Shown piece by piece: positions 10,335 to 20,978 of a stretch of DNA of 28,305 nucleotides (within the stretch, counting starts at the first letter, position 1; each line of letters starts with the position of its first letter). Both the position numbers and the translations under genes were made by a program. Source of the stretch: Octopus sinensis (Eukaryota); the NCBI RefSeq assembly GCF_006345805.1, contig NW_021833554.1, positions 1 to 28,305 of the forward strand. Reading direction: 5' to 3'. Below the pieces are notes generated by a model, which saw only the letters and a list, made by a program, of their open reading frames with translations, was not told where the DNA came from and made no database searches.

Positions 10335-10524
10335 GCCTGCATCATTCTGACAGTCTCCAGAGAAACAAGCAGCCAAACGGTTTATATACTCAACAAATGC
10401 AGCAGTTACTCTACCAAGGAGTCTCTAGTTTGTATACCGAAAGTGCTTAGCACTCTATAAATACCAGCGGCCTGTCAACGGATCTATAAAATAGGGCAGA
10501 CTTATTCTCCATACAGTTCTATAT

Positions 10525-10630
10525 TTAAGAGATGAGGAATGATGTACATTGTTTACATTATTTACATTTGACGGATTTTTGTCCTCATCTTGTTTTTGTT
10601 AACACAACGTTTCGGCTGATATATCCTACA
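10525..10630 (-). mobile_element. Truncated Penelope-like pseudo-LTR fragment with half of a hammerhead
   Basis: Minus strand 'cagcc-GAAA-CGU-U-gugu' at 10602-10618; the CUGAUGA half is absent and a SINE head begins where it would be; family assignment from memory. Confidence 0.55.
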
Positions 10631-10681
10631 TATGGCGTAGTGGTTAAGAGCGCGGGCTACTAACCCCAAGATTCCGAGTTA
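10631..10681 (+). mobile_element. tRNA-like SINE head (family D), truncated in the B box
   Basis: 'tatggcgtagtggttaagagcgcgggctactaaccccaagattccgagtt'. Confidence 0.75.
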
Positions 10682-11167
10682 AAACGTATTTCACTGACGG
10701 CCATAATACTCTTCAGTTGTCACGCTCTGTGCGTAGAAAACCATGCTTCTACTCTATTAAAACTTCCTTGCCTTTTTAAATAACAACAAGATAAGATTTA
10801 CAGAGAGTTTGGCTGTTATTTCTAACCGATCAGTGGTCCAAATCAAGGCTCTCCCTCTTGGATTCAAAATCTGATTATAGTGAGTGTGCGAGCCACTTCG
10901 CTGATTAGTCTATCTTCACTTAATTAACGGTGCATAAAATAGCTTATGTTAGATAATATCCTAAATATAATAAGGTGCGTATACGAATAAGCAATGCAAG
11001 TTTTAGCCGACGCTTTGATGTATAATCGATATACAGGAACAAACGTAAACAAGTGTGATATCTTTATTTCCTGTAGAGAGAAGAGAGTTAAAAATAAAAG
11101 ACATTTGTCTATGTGTTTTCGCTTACACATTACAGCAACGGTTAAAATTTGTATTGCTTATCAATAC

Positions 11168-11553
11168 TGGAAGCACTCCGTCGGTTACGACGACGAAGGT
11201 TCCGGTTGATCCGAATCAACGGAACAGCCTGCTCGTGAAATTAACGTGTAAGTGGCTGAGCACTCCACAGACACGTGTACCCTTAACGTAGTTCTCGGGG
11301 ATATTCAGCATGACACAGAGAGTGACAAGGCCGGCCCTTTGAAAATACAGGTACAACAGAAACAGGAAGTAAGAGTGAGAGAAAGTTGTGGTGAAAGAGT
11401 ACAGCAGGGATCACCACCATCCCCTGCCGGAGACTCGTGGAGCTCTAGGTGTTTTCGCTCAATAAACACTCACAACGCCCAGTCTGGGAATCGAAACCGC
11501 GATCCTATGACCGCGGGTCCGCTGTCCTAACCACTGGGCAATTGCGCCTCCAC
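11168..11553 (-). mobile_element. SINE family C, full length
   Basis: Reverse complement colinear with 17996-18379 over about 385 bp. Confidence 0.97.
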
Positions 11554-12018
11554 TGCTTATCAATAACGAGTAACTGAACAAAATGAAATAAAATATACTC
11601 AACACATTTGGTTAGAGTTTTATTTATTTAATAACAGTTTTGGCTCAGTTTATACCGTGAGCATCGTTATGCCGCCACGTCATCAGACATTCACTCTGCC
11701 TCCAAACATCTGATGATGTGTACGTATTCTACACACACGAAACCTTTAAGAAACGTAGAACAGAGCCTGACTTATTAGATACTGTTTATAATTAAATGTA
11801 GTTTGCTATTAAAGATACCAGTTCGGTGATTCTTTAGTACGTTCGTTTCGGCGGTTTACGTACTGAGTTCAACTTTGCTTTTGGTCTGTCAGTCCTTTTC
11901 TAATTTTCACTTGCTGAAATCGGTCTCTGTTGAGACCAAGAGCGGAATGAATTCTTCTGAGTTTAAAATAGTTAAGACACGCAGTGTGTCATGACGATGC
12001 TCATGCGGCAGGCTAAAC

Positions 12019-12250
12019 TGGCACTCCGTCGGTTTCGACGATGAGCGTCCCAGTTGATCCGAGCAACGGAACAGCCTGCTCATGAAATTTACGTGCAAGT
12101 GGCTGAGCACTCCGCAGACACGCGTACCCTTAACATAGTTCCCGGAGAGATTCAGTGTGACTCACATTATGACAAGGCTGGGACCTTTGAATTACAAGCA
12201 CAACGTGAAATAAAGTGTCTTGCTCAACGGCTCAACGCGCCGCTGGGAAA
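12019..12250 (-). mobile_element. SINE family E (C-type 3' half, 'ttgagcaagacactttatttcac' head region), internally deleted
   Basis: 12021-12200 aligns to the C tail; 12203-12248 'gtgaaataaagtgtcttgctcaa' is not in C but is related to 21170-21240. Confidence 0.85.
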
Positions 12251-12560
12251 GATTTAAGAAAACCAAAACGTGTGTGGAGTCAGTCTCTCAAATATCAGCC
12301 GGTTCGTCTTCTCACTACATGTTTCTTTCAAATTTGTAGCAAATACGACTCCAGTGTGTCAACCAATTTTTACTTTTGATTTATTTTGAATAGCCTCCCT
12401 TGACTTCGTTTGGTTTAGTTAAACAGTATTCAACAATGTTTACCTCAATTTCATACAAGAGTAGTCTCAATTTATTCATCAGGAAGGTCGCTGACAATAT
12501 TCAAAGAGTGAATTCGCTAACAGGAAGCCGTTCGCTCCAACAAATATATATATAAATATA

Positions 12561-12648
12561 TCTTTTACCTTTCATCTTTTACTTGTTTCAATCATTAGAC
12601 TGCGGTCATGCTGGGGCACCGTCTTGAAGAAATTTAGCCGAAAGAATC
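12561..12648 (-). mobile_element. SINE family A tail fragment
   Basis: 'cttttacttgtttcaatcattagactgcggtcatgctggggcaccgtcttgaag'. Confidence 0.85.
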
Positions 12649-12650
12649 AT

Positions 12651-12685
<35 letters not shown>

Positions 12686-13084
12686 CATACATGCACGAAA
12701 ATACACACATACAGACACGTATATACACATGTGCATACATATATATGCTTATATATCTACACATGTACCATGTGCGTGTGTATATGTATGCATGTATATT
12801 TGTGTTAGTGTGTGTATACATACATATATATTAATATTAGTATATATATATATATATATATAATATATATATATAAATATATGTATATATATGATTTTGT
12901 AATTTTAATCAGCTGAAAGTTATAATAGAGCCTCAAGGGTCGTGCATGGGAGTTATCAAACTTTGATAAGTGCAAAGCACTTATCGAATGAGTTCTATTC
13001 ATGTTCTAATAAATCTCGAAATCTTTTTCTGTCTCACTCCAGTATATATATATATATATTATATATATATATGTATATATGTTT

Positions 13085-13100
13085 TTTATCTATCCGTCTG

Positions 13101-13179
<79 letters not shown>

Positions 13180-13215
13180 GACTGTCTGTCTGTCTGTCTG
13201 CCTGTCTGTCTGTTC
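13085..13215. repeat. (TCTA)n/(TCTG)n microsatellite
   Basis: Direct inspection. Confidence 0.97.
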
Positions 13216-13534
13216 TGTCTGTTTGTCTTTATGTGTCTACCTGTCTATCCACCTAGTTTGATGTGTATCATTGATACAAATTATTGCAAAGTTATAAGAA
13301 AATGATACAGTCCAGTAAAGCATATCATGAACCTATGAAGGAGCCTGTCTGTCTATGCACTGAATGAGCTAAAAATAGCAGTTAAATCTCCATCAAAGAA
13401 GACCTCCTCTCAGATGTTAAAAAAAAGGAGATAAGAAATAAGAGAATATGGTTCGTGGTGCCCTGAAGGAAGGGTAAAAGGTGCGATGGTCTCACTTGTA
13501 GCGTCTCCTTAATCGGGATTGACGCTACGCAAAA

Positions 13535-13544
13535 CAACAACAAA

Positions 13545-13587
<43 letters not shown>

Positions 13588-13594
13588 GCTGCTG

Positions 13595-13627
<33 letters not shown>

Positions 13628-13639
13628 TTGCTGCTGCTG

Positions 13640-13687
<48 letters not shown>

Positions 13688-13699
13688 TTGCTGCTGCTG

Positions 13700-13755
<56 letters not shown>

Positions 13756-13756
13756 G
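13535..13756. repeat. (ACT)n microsatellite with (GCT) interruptions at 60-bp periodicity
   Basis: 13621-13680 and 13681-13740 are identical. Confidence 0.95.
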
Positions 13757-13868
13757 CGGCTGGAGGCGGTGGTGCGGAATAAACAACAAGAAGAATATCA
13801 ATCACAACAACAACGTCAGCCATACTTGATGGAAGAAAGAACGCATTAAATAGTGTCTTTCCCAACAG

Positions 13869-13932
13869 GATAGTCATGGATGGAACACCATTATTTCGCC
13901 ATACGCCAGTTCTATCGGTATTTTCCTGACAG
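13869..13932 (+). other. Candidate 64-nt internal exon (phase 0-1), unknown gene
   Basis: gtgtctttcccaacag|G acceptor, CAG|gtaaat donor, single open frame DSHGWNTIISPYASSIGIFLT; no recognised homology. Confidence 0.25.
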
Positions 13933-14023
13933 GTAAATAACTCATGTCATGAATATCAACAAAAATAAAAAGCCAAAAAAAAAACACCCACTAAAATCAA
14001 TATCAACATCACAGCAGGAACCA

Positions 14024-14337
14024 ATAATAATAATAATAATAATATTAATAATAATAATAATAATAATAATAACAATAACAATAATAATAATAACAACAAC
14101 AACAACAACAGCAGCAATAATAATAATAATAGTAATAATAATAACAATAACAAGAATACAAATAATTATAATAAAAGATAGTGATAATAATAACAAAGAT
14201 ATTAATAATAATAATAATAATAAAGGATAGTAATAATAAGAACAAAGATATTAATAGTAATGATAATACTAATAACAATAACAAGAATAATGATAATAGT
14301 GATGATAATAATAATAATAATAACAATAATAATAATT

Positions 14338-14368
<31 letters not shown>

Positions 14369-14369
14369 C

Positions 14370-14404
<35 letters not shown>

Positions 14405-14412
14405 GAGTAATG

Positions 14413-14458
<46 letters not shown>

Positions 14459-14465
14459 CAACAAC
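14024..14465. repeat. Compound (AAT)n/(AAC)n microsatellite
   Basis: Direct inspection. Confidence 0.97.
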
Positions 14466-14790
14466 ACGAAGCTGAAAGTTTAAAAAATATGAAAAAATGA
14501 AGAGGGTAAAACATAAAAAATAATAAAAAAAGACAATAGTGTTTTGATGTTAATGAATGAATTATTTAATTGAATTTAGAGCTATTTTAATTGATGTTTT
14601 CTTTAAACTGTCAAATAGATTCGATATTACACCTAACATCTCATACTAACCCTCTTGTCAGTCTCTCTTTTTTTCTCTCTCTCTCTCTCTTTCTCTCTCC
14701 CCATGTTGCCCCACCCCACCGCCGCTGTCGCTAGTGTTCCTGTCCTTCTGTTGGTACTGATACAACAGCAACAACAAAAGAAAATAACAG

Positions 14791-14791
14791 T

Positions 14792-14824
<33 letters not shown>

Positions 14825-15170
14825 CACTACTACTACTGCTACTACTACTACTACTACTACTAGTACTACTACTACTAATGATGAAGCGACTACTACTAAT
14901 ATTGCTGCTGCGACTGCTATTGTTGATGCTGCTACTGTTGCTACTACTACTACTACTACTACTACTACTGCTGCTGCTGCTACTACTACTACTAATATTG
15001 CTACTGCTACTGTTGCTGCTGTTACTACTACTACTACTATACTACTACTACTATTGCTACTGTTGCTGCTACTACTACTGCAGCTACTGCTGCACCTCCT
15101 CCCCTCATCCTACTACTACTGCTACTTTACAACAACAACACCAACAACTACTACCACTACCACTACTACA
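14791..15170. repeat. Compound (ACT)/(GCT)/(ACC) trinucleotide field
   Basis: Direct inspection; explains the 242-aa poly-Thr ORF. Confidence 0.95.
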
Positions 15171-16587
15171 ACTCGATATTTCTTCTCAATTGTTCTTCAA
15201 TTCACCATTCTTCTGCCATTGTACATTGAAGTCCAACCTTTCTCTCTTTTATTCTTTCTCCTGGAGAATTTTCCTTGTCTCAATTGTTCCAATCTCAAAG
15301 AAGAACCGCCAAAAATCATTTCTAAGTGCTTTCTGATGGACTCTTGCAGAGATTCCTACAGAGATATTTTGGTCTTCACTTAAAAAGTCGTCACGACAAA
15401 AAAAAAATAAATAAAAAATAAAAGTAAAAATGGACACTCGCATGACATTCTTTAATTAATATGTGTTTAATCATTAATTAATTAAAAGGCGTGAAAGACA
15501 CCATCTAGTTCAGAAATAATAGGGAAGTTAGCGATAAATTTAAGGCATGTTGCATTGAAAATTAAAACTAAACAGGAGTAACAAATTATAATACAATACA
15601 CAGTTGTTAAAATTATGCTTTTATTTCCCCGAGAAGCGCTAGAGAAAACTCCGGACACAATCCCGTCTTATTCTGTTCTCATCCCTCTCTTCAAAACTGC
15701 TGGAAAACACACAAAACTGCGTGGAAAACACACACAAAAAAAACAATTATCTACAAAGTAATAAACAAGAAAACAAGACGACCAGAAAATGCACCGCAGG
15801 GAAAAATTGAAAAATGCCTTCGTCTGCATGGGACTCCAAGGAGTATATCAGATGGGGAAATAAATTTGGTACAGTCCAAGTACGTTTCCTCAACGAAAAT
15901 TTAGCAAAACGATTTTCCACATTAGAAATAATTATTAACTGTTGAGTAAATGTTATCTTCCCATCACTGCATAAGCCACTACGATAAATTTGGCTGTTAT
16001 TTTTCGCACTAACGGTGTCTCTAAGAAATCTTCTTCAGTCGTTATAAAAATCTAAACAGCCTTAGGTGGCAGCCAGTATATACAGTGCATATATACAAAT
16101 GGTAGACAGTTTGTCTATTGTCTCACTTCGTACTTTGTTTTCATGTTCTTTAAACAAGAAATTTGTTTAAACTTTCCAGACTATATTGAAATACGTACAA
16201 TATGATTCATGACTTGGTTTTCTTCGCTCGGAAAAAAAATATATATGTAGTATTTATATTGAAATAAAATTTAGAAAGATATTTTGTGTTTCGAGATAAT
16301 ACATACATAATTTTTGGTATGTTTTTGCACAATCAATTAGCAAAATAAATACAAGAACTGGAATTAAATGTTGTTACAAAGTTCAGTCTACAAATAAAAC
16401 AACGAAGAAATTATTATAAACATTCGCATTTTTATTCAAAATGTGTGCAGACTTGTAAGAATAGAAAACACAATTTGTCTTTCGAGATTTATTTATTTAT
16501 ACACATTACAATAACAGTCTCCTCTCTCTCACTTTCTCTCTCTCTCTCTCCCTCTCTGTGTATATGTATGCACGTATGTATGTATAT

Positions 16588-16819
16588 ATTTCTTTACTAC
16601 CCACAAGGGGCTAAACACAGAGAGGACAAACAAGGACAGACAAAGGGATTAAGTCGATTACATCGACCCCAGTGCTCAACTGGTACTTAATTTATCGACC
16701 CCGAAAGGATGAAAGGCAAAGTCGACCTCGGCAGAATTTGAACTCAGAACGTAACGGCAGACGAAAAACGGCCACGCATTTCGCCCGGCGTGCTAACGTT
16801 TCTGCCAGCTCGCCGCCTT
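16588..16819 (-). mobile_element. SINE family B, full length
   Basis: Colinear with 22752-22984 and 25515-25746, and inverted relative to 23559-23748. Confidence 0.97.
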
Positions 16820-16848
16820 GAACGTATGTATGTATATGGATGTACGTA

Positions 16849-17072
16849 TACTCTTTTACTCTCTTTTACTTGTTTCAGTCATTTGACTGCGGCAATGCTG
16901 GAGCACCGCCTTTAGTCGAGCAAATCGACCCCGGGACTTATTCTTTTTTGTAAGCCCAGTACTTATTCTATCGGTCTCTTTTGCCGAACCGCTAAGTGAC
17001 GGGGACGTAAACACACCAGCATCGGTTGTCAAGCAATGCTAGGGGGACAAACGCAGACACGCAAACACACAT

Positions 17073-17105
<33 letters not shown>

Positions 17106-17278
17106 CATATATACGACAGGCTTCTTTCAGTTTCCGTTTACCAAATCCACTCACAAGGCATTGGTCGGCCCCGGGGCTATAGCAGAAGACACTTGCCCAA
17201 GGTGCCACGCAGTGGGACTGAACCCGGAACCACGTGGTTGGTTAGCAAGCTACTTACCACACAGCTACTCTAGCGCCT
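16849..17278 (-). mobile_element. SINE family A, full length with internal (CA)/(TA) microsatellite
   Basis: From (tactctttt)n tail to 'ctcta-gcgcct' 5' end; colinear with 2576-2972. Confidence 0.97.
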
Positions 17279-17344
17279 ATATATACGTATATATACGTAT
17301 ATATACGTATATATACGTATATATACTAATACATACTAATACAT

Positions 17345-17690
17345 ACACCAACCCCATACATACGCCTGTCCAGACCTATCCTAGGGTCATTCAACCCTAT
17401 TATCAACCCTATTATCTCCCCTTATTTCGCTCTCGCGTCTCATGTTTGATCTTTGACCTCTGGCCGAAATCAGATCGCCATGTTGATTCGTTAGTTACTG
17501 CACGCATTTTTTTTCTCTCCTTCTTTCTGTGTTTTTTTTCTCTCTGTGTATCTTTCTGTTGAAGAGCGTAGGCTCGAAACATTAAAGACTTGTTTTATTT
17601 ATATTTCCTGAGCGCCATACTAATACAATTGTTTGTTTGTTTTCCACCTGCCTTCGTCTTTTGTCTATTTTCATAAAGCTTCCCGTTATA
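17345..17690 (+). mobile_element. Probable Penelope-like pseudo-LTR remnant
   Basis: Contains the hammerhead-like motif at 17551-17588; boundaries approximate. Confidence 0.45.
17551..17588 (+). ncRNA. Hammerhead-like motif with variant core CUGUUGA
   Basis: ucuuu-CUGUUGA-A-GAGC-guag-GCUC-GAAA-CAU-U/aaaga; 5-bp stem I, 4-bp stem II, stem III ACAU (one change from the palindrome ACGU). Confidence 0.6.
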
Positions 17691-17995
17691 TATATGTATA
17701 TATGTATGTCTGTATAAGACACACTGTTTATGTATGTACAAGTATCAAATGTTACTCCGCGTCGAATGCGACAGTATCCGAATGGGAGATCAAGTGCTGG
17801 AGGGTCGGGAAACGGATAGCATGCGCCCGTTAGGTACAACAATTGTTACAAATGATAAAATATCACAATCTGTTTGCAGAAACACGAAAAGACACTTAAG
17901 TTATGTCGGTAGTTATGTACAGACGTTACGTAAACTCCTTCGTAGCATACATAAGACAAACCTGATAAGCGTCTTACATTATATATTAAAGTATT

Positions 17996-18379
17996 GTGGA
18001 GGCGCAATGGCCCAGTGGTTAGGGCAGCGGACTCGCGGTCATAGGATCGCGGTTTCGATTCCCAGACCGGGCGTTGTGAGTATTTATTGAGCGAAAACAC
18101 CTAAAGCTCCATGATGCTCCGGCAGGGGATGGTGGTGATCCCTTCTGTACTCTTTCACCACAACTTTCTCTCACTCTTACTTCCTGTTTCTGTTCTACCT
18201 GTATTTCAAAGGGCCGGCCTTGTCACTCTCTGTGTCACGCTGAATATCCTCGAGAACTACGTTCAGGGTACACGTGTCTGTGGAATGCTCAGCCACTTAC
18301 ATGTTAATTTCATGAGCAGGCTGTTCCGTTGATCGAATCAACCGGAACCCTCGTCGTCGTAACCGACGGAGTGCTTCCA
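17996..18379 (+). mobile_element. SINE family C, full length, tRNA(Arg)-like head
   Basis: A box 'tggcccagtggtt', B-box-like 'ggtttcgattccc', 'ggac-tcg-cggtc' anticodon-like arm; ends 'ggagtgcttcca'. Confidence 0.97.
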
Positions 18380-18481
18380 TCCATTTATTAAAAGGATTAC
18401 CTTTAAGAAGCATTTTCAAAAATTGCTAACTTGAATATTCTCCTAGAAAGATGAAAGGAATGTTAAACTTTAAACCGCATT

Positions 18482-18541
18482 CAAGGCAGCTTCCCAGCAT
18501 GGCTGCAGTCTAATTAGTGAAACAAGTAAAAGATTAAAAGA
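18482..18541 (+). mobile_element. SINE family A tail fragment
   Basis: 'caaggcagcttcccagcatggctgcagtc..gaaacaagtaaaagattaaaag'. Confidence 0.8.
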
Positions 18542-18654
18542 TGATTCCGCTATTTGCAATGAGTGGATGACAACAAAATCATAGCAGTGGCGCACTACTC
18601 TGGTGGCTAATCTCGTCATCATAAAACAATTGTGGCCAGAAATGCTTATTTTTA

Positions 18655-19065
18655 GATCGCAGATGATCACGTGATCGACCAGGCGATCGGATGTTCTTAC
18701 ACATCGCTGGTAAGTCCAGCCCCTCCTCACCGTGGTGGGGACGCTAGCAACGGGTAGTGTCGGGAACTTCGGCACCTGGTAGGGCCACCCAAGGCGGATT
18801 GGTCTGACACCGAGTGGTATTAGGGCCACAACCCGGCAGACGGGGCTCTGGTGAAAATCCTTGGAGTGTCTGTTTCGTCAACCGGCGGCTCCGGAGTCGT
18901 TCTGTCCCTGCGTCTGCGGACAATCTGCGGCAAACAGGATGTCTCCACATGCAGGATTATTGGGGACCGCTTGTGAAATCCACATATTCCCACGAAACTT
19001 CTTCCATGGTAGAAGAAGCCGACTCAACCCGCCCAGGGTGAATGTCGCCACAAGTACAAATAAGT
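18655..19065 (+). mobile_element. Probable 5' region of an RTE-clade LINE (no endonuclease/RT sequence retained)
   Basis: GC-richer island; motifs 'tcctcaccgtggtgggg' and 'cctggtagggccacccaaggcggattggtc' resemble RTE/BovB/Expander 5' regions as I recall them; not verified by search. Confidence 0.5.
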
Positions 19066-19162
19066 AAGTATCAATGCACTTTTGCATTCTTTTAGCCTTC
19101 AAATGATGCTACCCCATCCGGCTAGGCGAGTAAACCCAAAATTCCACACCAGATCGAAAGCG

Positions 19163-19246
19163 GGACCGGAGGAACGTGAAATGAAGCGTTTTATTCAAGA
19201 ACACAACGCGTTGCCCGGCCAGAAAATCGACCTCACGATGTGGCAG
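19163..19246 (-). mobile_element. Decayed SINE family E/G head region
   Basis: 'ggaggaacgtgaaatgaagcgttttattcaagaacacaacgcgttgcccgg' aligns to 12200-12248. Confidence 0.65.
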
Positions 19247-19519
19247 TTGACCTGAAAGAAAATAAAGTAGAAATATAGTACTCATATAACGTAGTTTATA
19301 CTTAATAAATCTATGGTTCCGTGCTGTATTCCTATTGACAGTCATAGCATTTTATTTATATGCATGCATAGAGCTAAACATTCTCTTCACTACAAAACCA
19401 CTTTAAAATATCTCTTAGTAATTGTATGATGAAACAATAATTCTTTTTATTATTATAGAAAATATACTTACAAAATACTGGAAAGTTTTATGCGAGAGTG
19501 CATCATATATGCTGGAAAA

Positions 19520-19524
19520 TACGG

Positions 19525-19590
<66 letters not shown>

Positions 19591-19725
19591 GTGTGTATAT
19601 GAAGATATATAACACATGCATATATGCATATATATATGCGTATATATAACACCATGCATATATGCATATAGATATTTTTGTATACAGTTACATGAAAAAC
19701 ACAGACATATATAGATGCTTACATT

Positions 19726-19759
<34 letters not shown>

Positions 19760-19810
19760 ATATAATATATATATATATATATATATACATACATACATAC
19801 ATACACACAT

Positions 19811-19855
<45 letters not shown>

Positions 19856-19900
19856 TTGATATAGATTGATATAGATAAGATTATAAATAGATATAGATAT
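19520..19900. repeat. Compound (TA)/(GT)/(CATA)/(GATATA) microsatellites
   Basis: Direct inspection. Confidence 0.93.
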
Positions 19901-20333
19901 ATATCTGTGTGTCTGTGTCTTTAATATCCAATTAGCTATCAAGTACTGTAGAAGTACTATTTTTATGAGTAAGTACCCCTGCTACCTCGATAGAGTACTC
20001 AAACCAACCACATTATGGAAATAGTTATAAATCGCCTTACATTTACGTCGGAAGTTTACTAACAGCTATGCCGGATATAAACCAACCGGAAATCCATAAC
20101 ACGATGCACTAAAAGTGATGCAACAGCCGACCATACTGGAATTATATTTCTTTGTCAAGAGCTTCTGTCTGAAAATTGTCTTCGGGTATAAACCTCTAAG
20201 TAACGCGAGTTTAAGTACCAAATGTTTAACCAAAAATAAACATTATTATTTTTATAGCCTTATTAGCTTCTCCTTATTCAATTCAGAAAACTACGCTGTA
20301 GACATAATCTAATAATAATCATAGATATACAAG

Positions 20334-20468
20334 CTTGGCAATGTTGTAAAAGGTTTGCTTCCAAACCAGATGGTTCCAGGTTCCATCCCACTGGGTGGCA
20401 CCTTGGGCATCTGTCTTCTACTATAGCCAAGATCGATAGATTCAATCGACTAAAATTCTTCAAGGCAG
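20334..20468 (+). mobile_element. Internally deleted SINE family A (head joined to tail)
   Basis: 'tttgcttccaaaccagatggttccagg..gtggcaccttgggc..gtcttctactatagcc' then 'tcgactaaaattcttcaaggcag'. Confidence 0.8.
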
Positions 20469-20656
20469 TTACACCCCTCTTAGGGCAGCATTGAGGTTTT
20501 TTTTTACAAAAATTAGGAGGGATAATTACTCCAACAATGGCTTAAGGTGCGATCGAGCATCTTTAAGGACGTAACTTCAACCGATCAGTGCTTTCTTATG
20601 CGCTTCTAATGCATTCAATGTGTAAGCAGAAAGGAGGCATGCAAAGTTACTCCAAT

Positions 20657-20709
<53 letters not shown>

Positions 20710-20741
20710 ATGTATAAATCTACAGGTGCAGACTGCACTGT

Positions 20742-20850
20742 GTTGTAAGAAGCCATATGGTTGGGGTTTCAGTCTCACTGCGTGGAACCTTCAGCTAATG
20801 TTTTCTTCTATACCCTCGAGCCTACCAAAAACTGAAAGAGACCAATCATA
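20742..20850 (+). mobile_element. Decayed SINE family A head
   Basis: 'gttgtaagaagccatatggtt..tcagtctcactgcgtggaacctt..aactgaaagagacc'. Confidence 0.6.
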
Positions 20851-20903
20851 TAAACACATACACACACGCAATCATATATATATATATATATATATGTGTG
20901 TGT

Positions 20904-20954
<51 letters not shown>

Positions 20955-20978
20955 GTGTGTGTGTGCGTGCATACCTAT

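Noticed and set aside
11678-11775. CTGATGA...GAAAC (hammerhead) or box C/D snoRNA-like arrangement, plus an 11-bp TCATCAGA/TCTGATGA hairpin
   Set aside because: Stem I and stem III do not form, the box C context is non-canonical and there is no terminal stem
12430-12490. Minus-strand CTGATGA...GAAA
   Set aside because: No stem I pairing and only a weak AU stem II; expected by chance
15170-15960. Several protein-like short frames (for example ESLQESIRKHLEMIFGG.. on minus, MPSSAWDSKEYIRWGNKF.. on plus)
   Set aside because: No consistent acceptor/donor pair and no recognisable family; cannot be supported without expression data
16061-16075. CTCF-like motif CCTTAGGTGGCAG
   Set aside because: Three mismatches in the 5' part of the core; a single weak match
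17996-18075. tRNA-like sequences (also 7192-7262, 10631-10681, 11480-11553)
   Set aside because: A/B boxes are present but there is no intact cloverleaf, and they continue into SINE bodies; these are SINE heads, not tRNA genes
19105-19345. ORFs and apparent splice sites at 19105-19255 on both strands
   Set aside because: Most of the segment aligns to a decayed SINE E/G head (compare 12200-12248)
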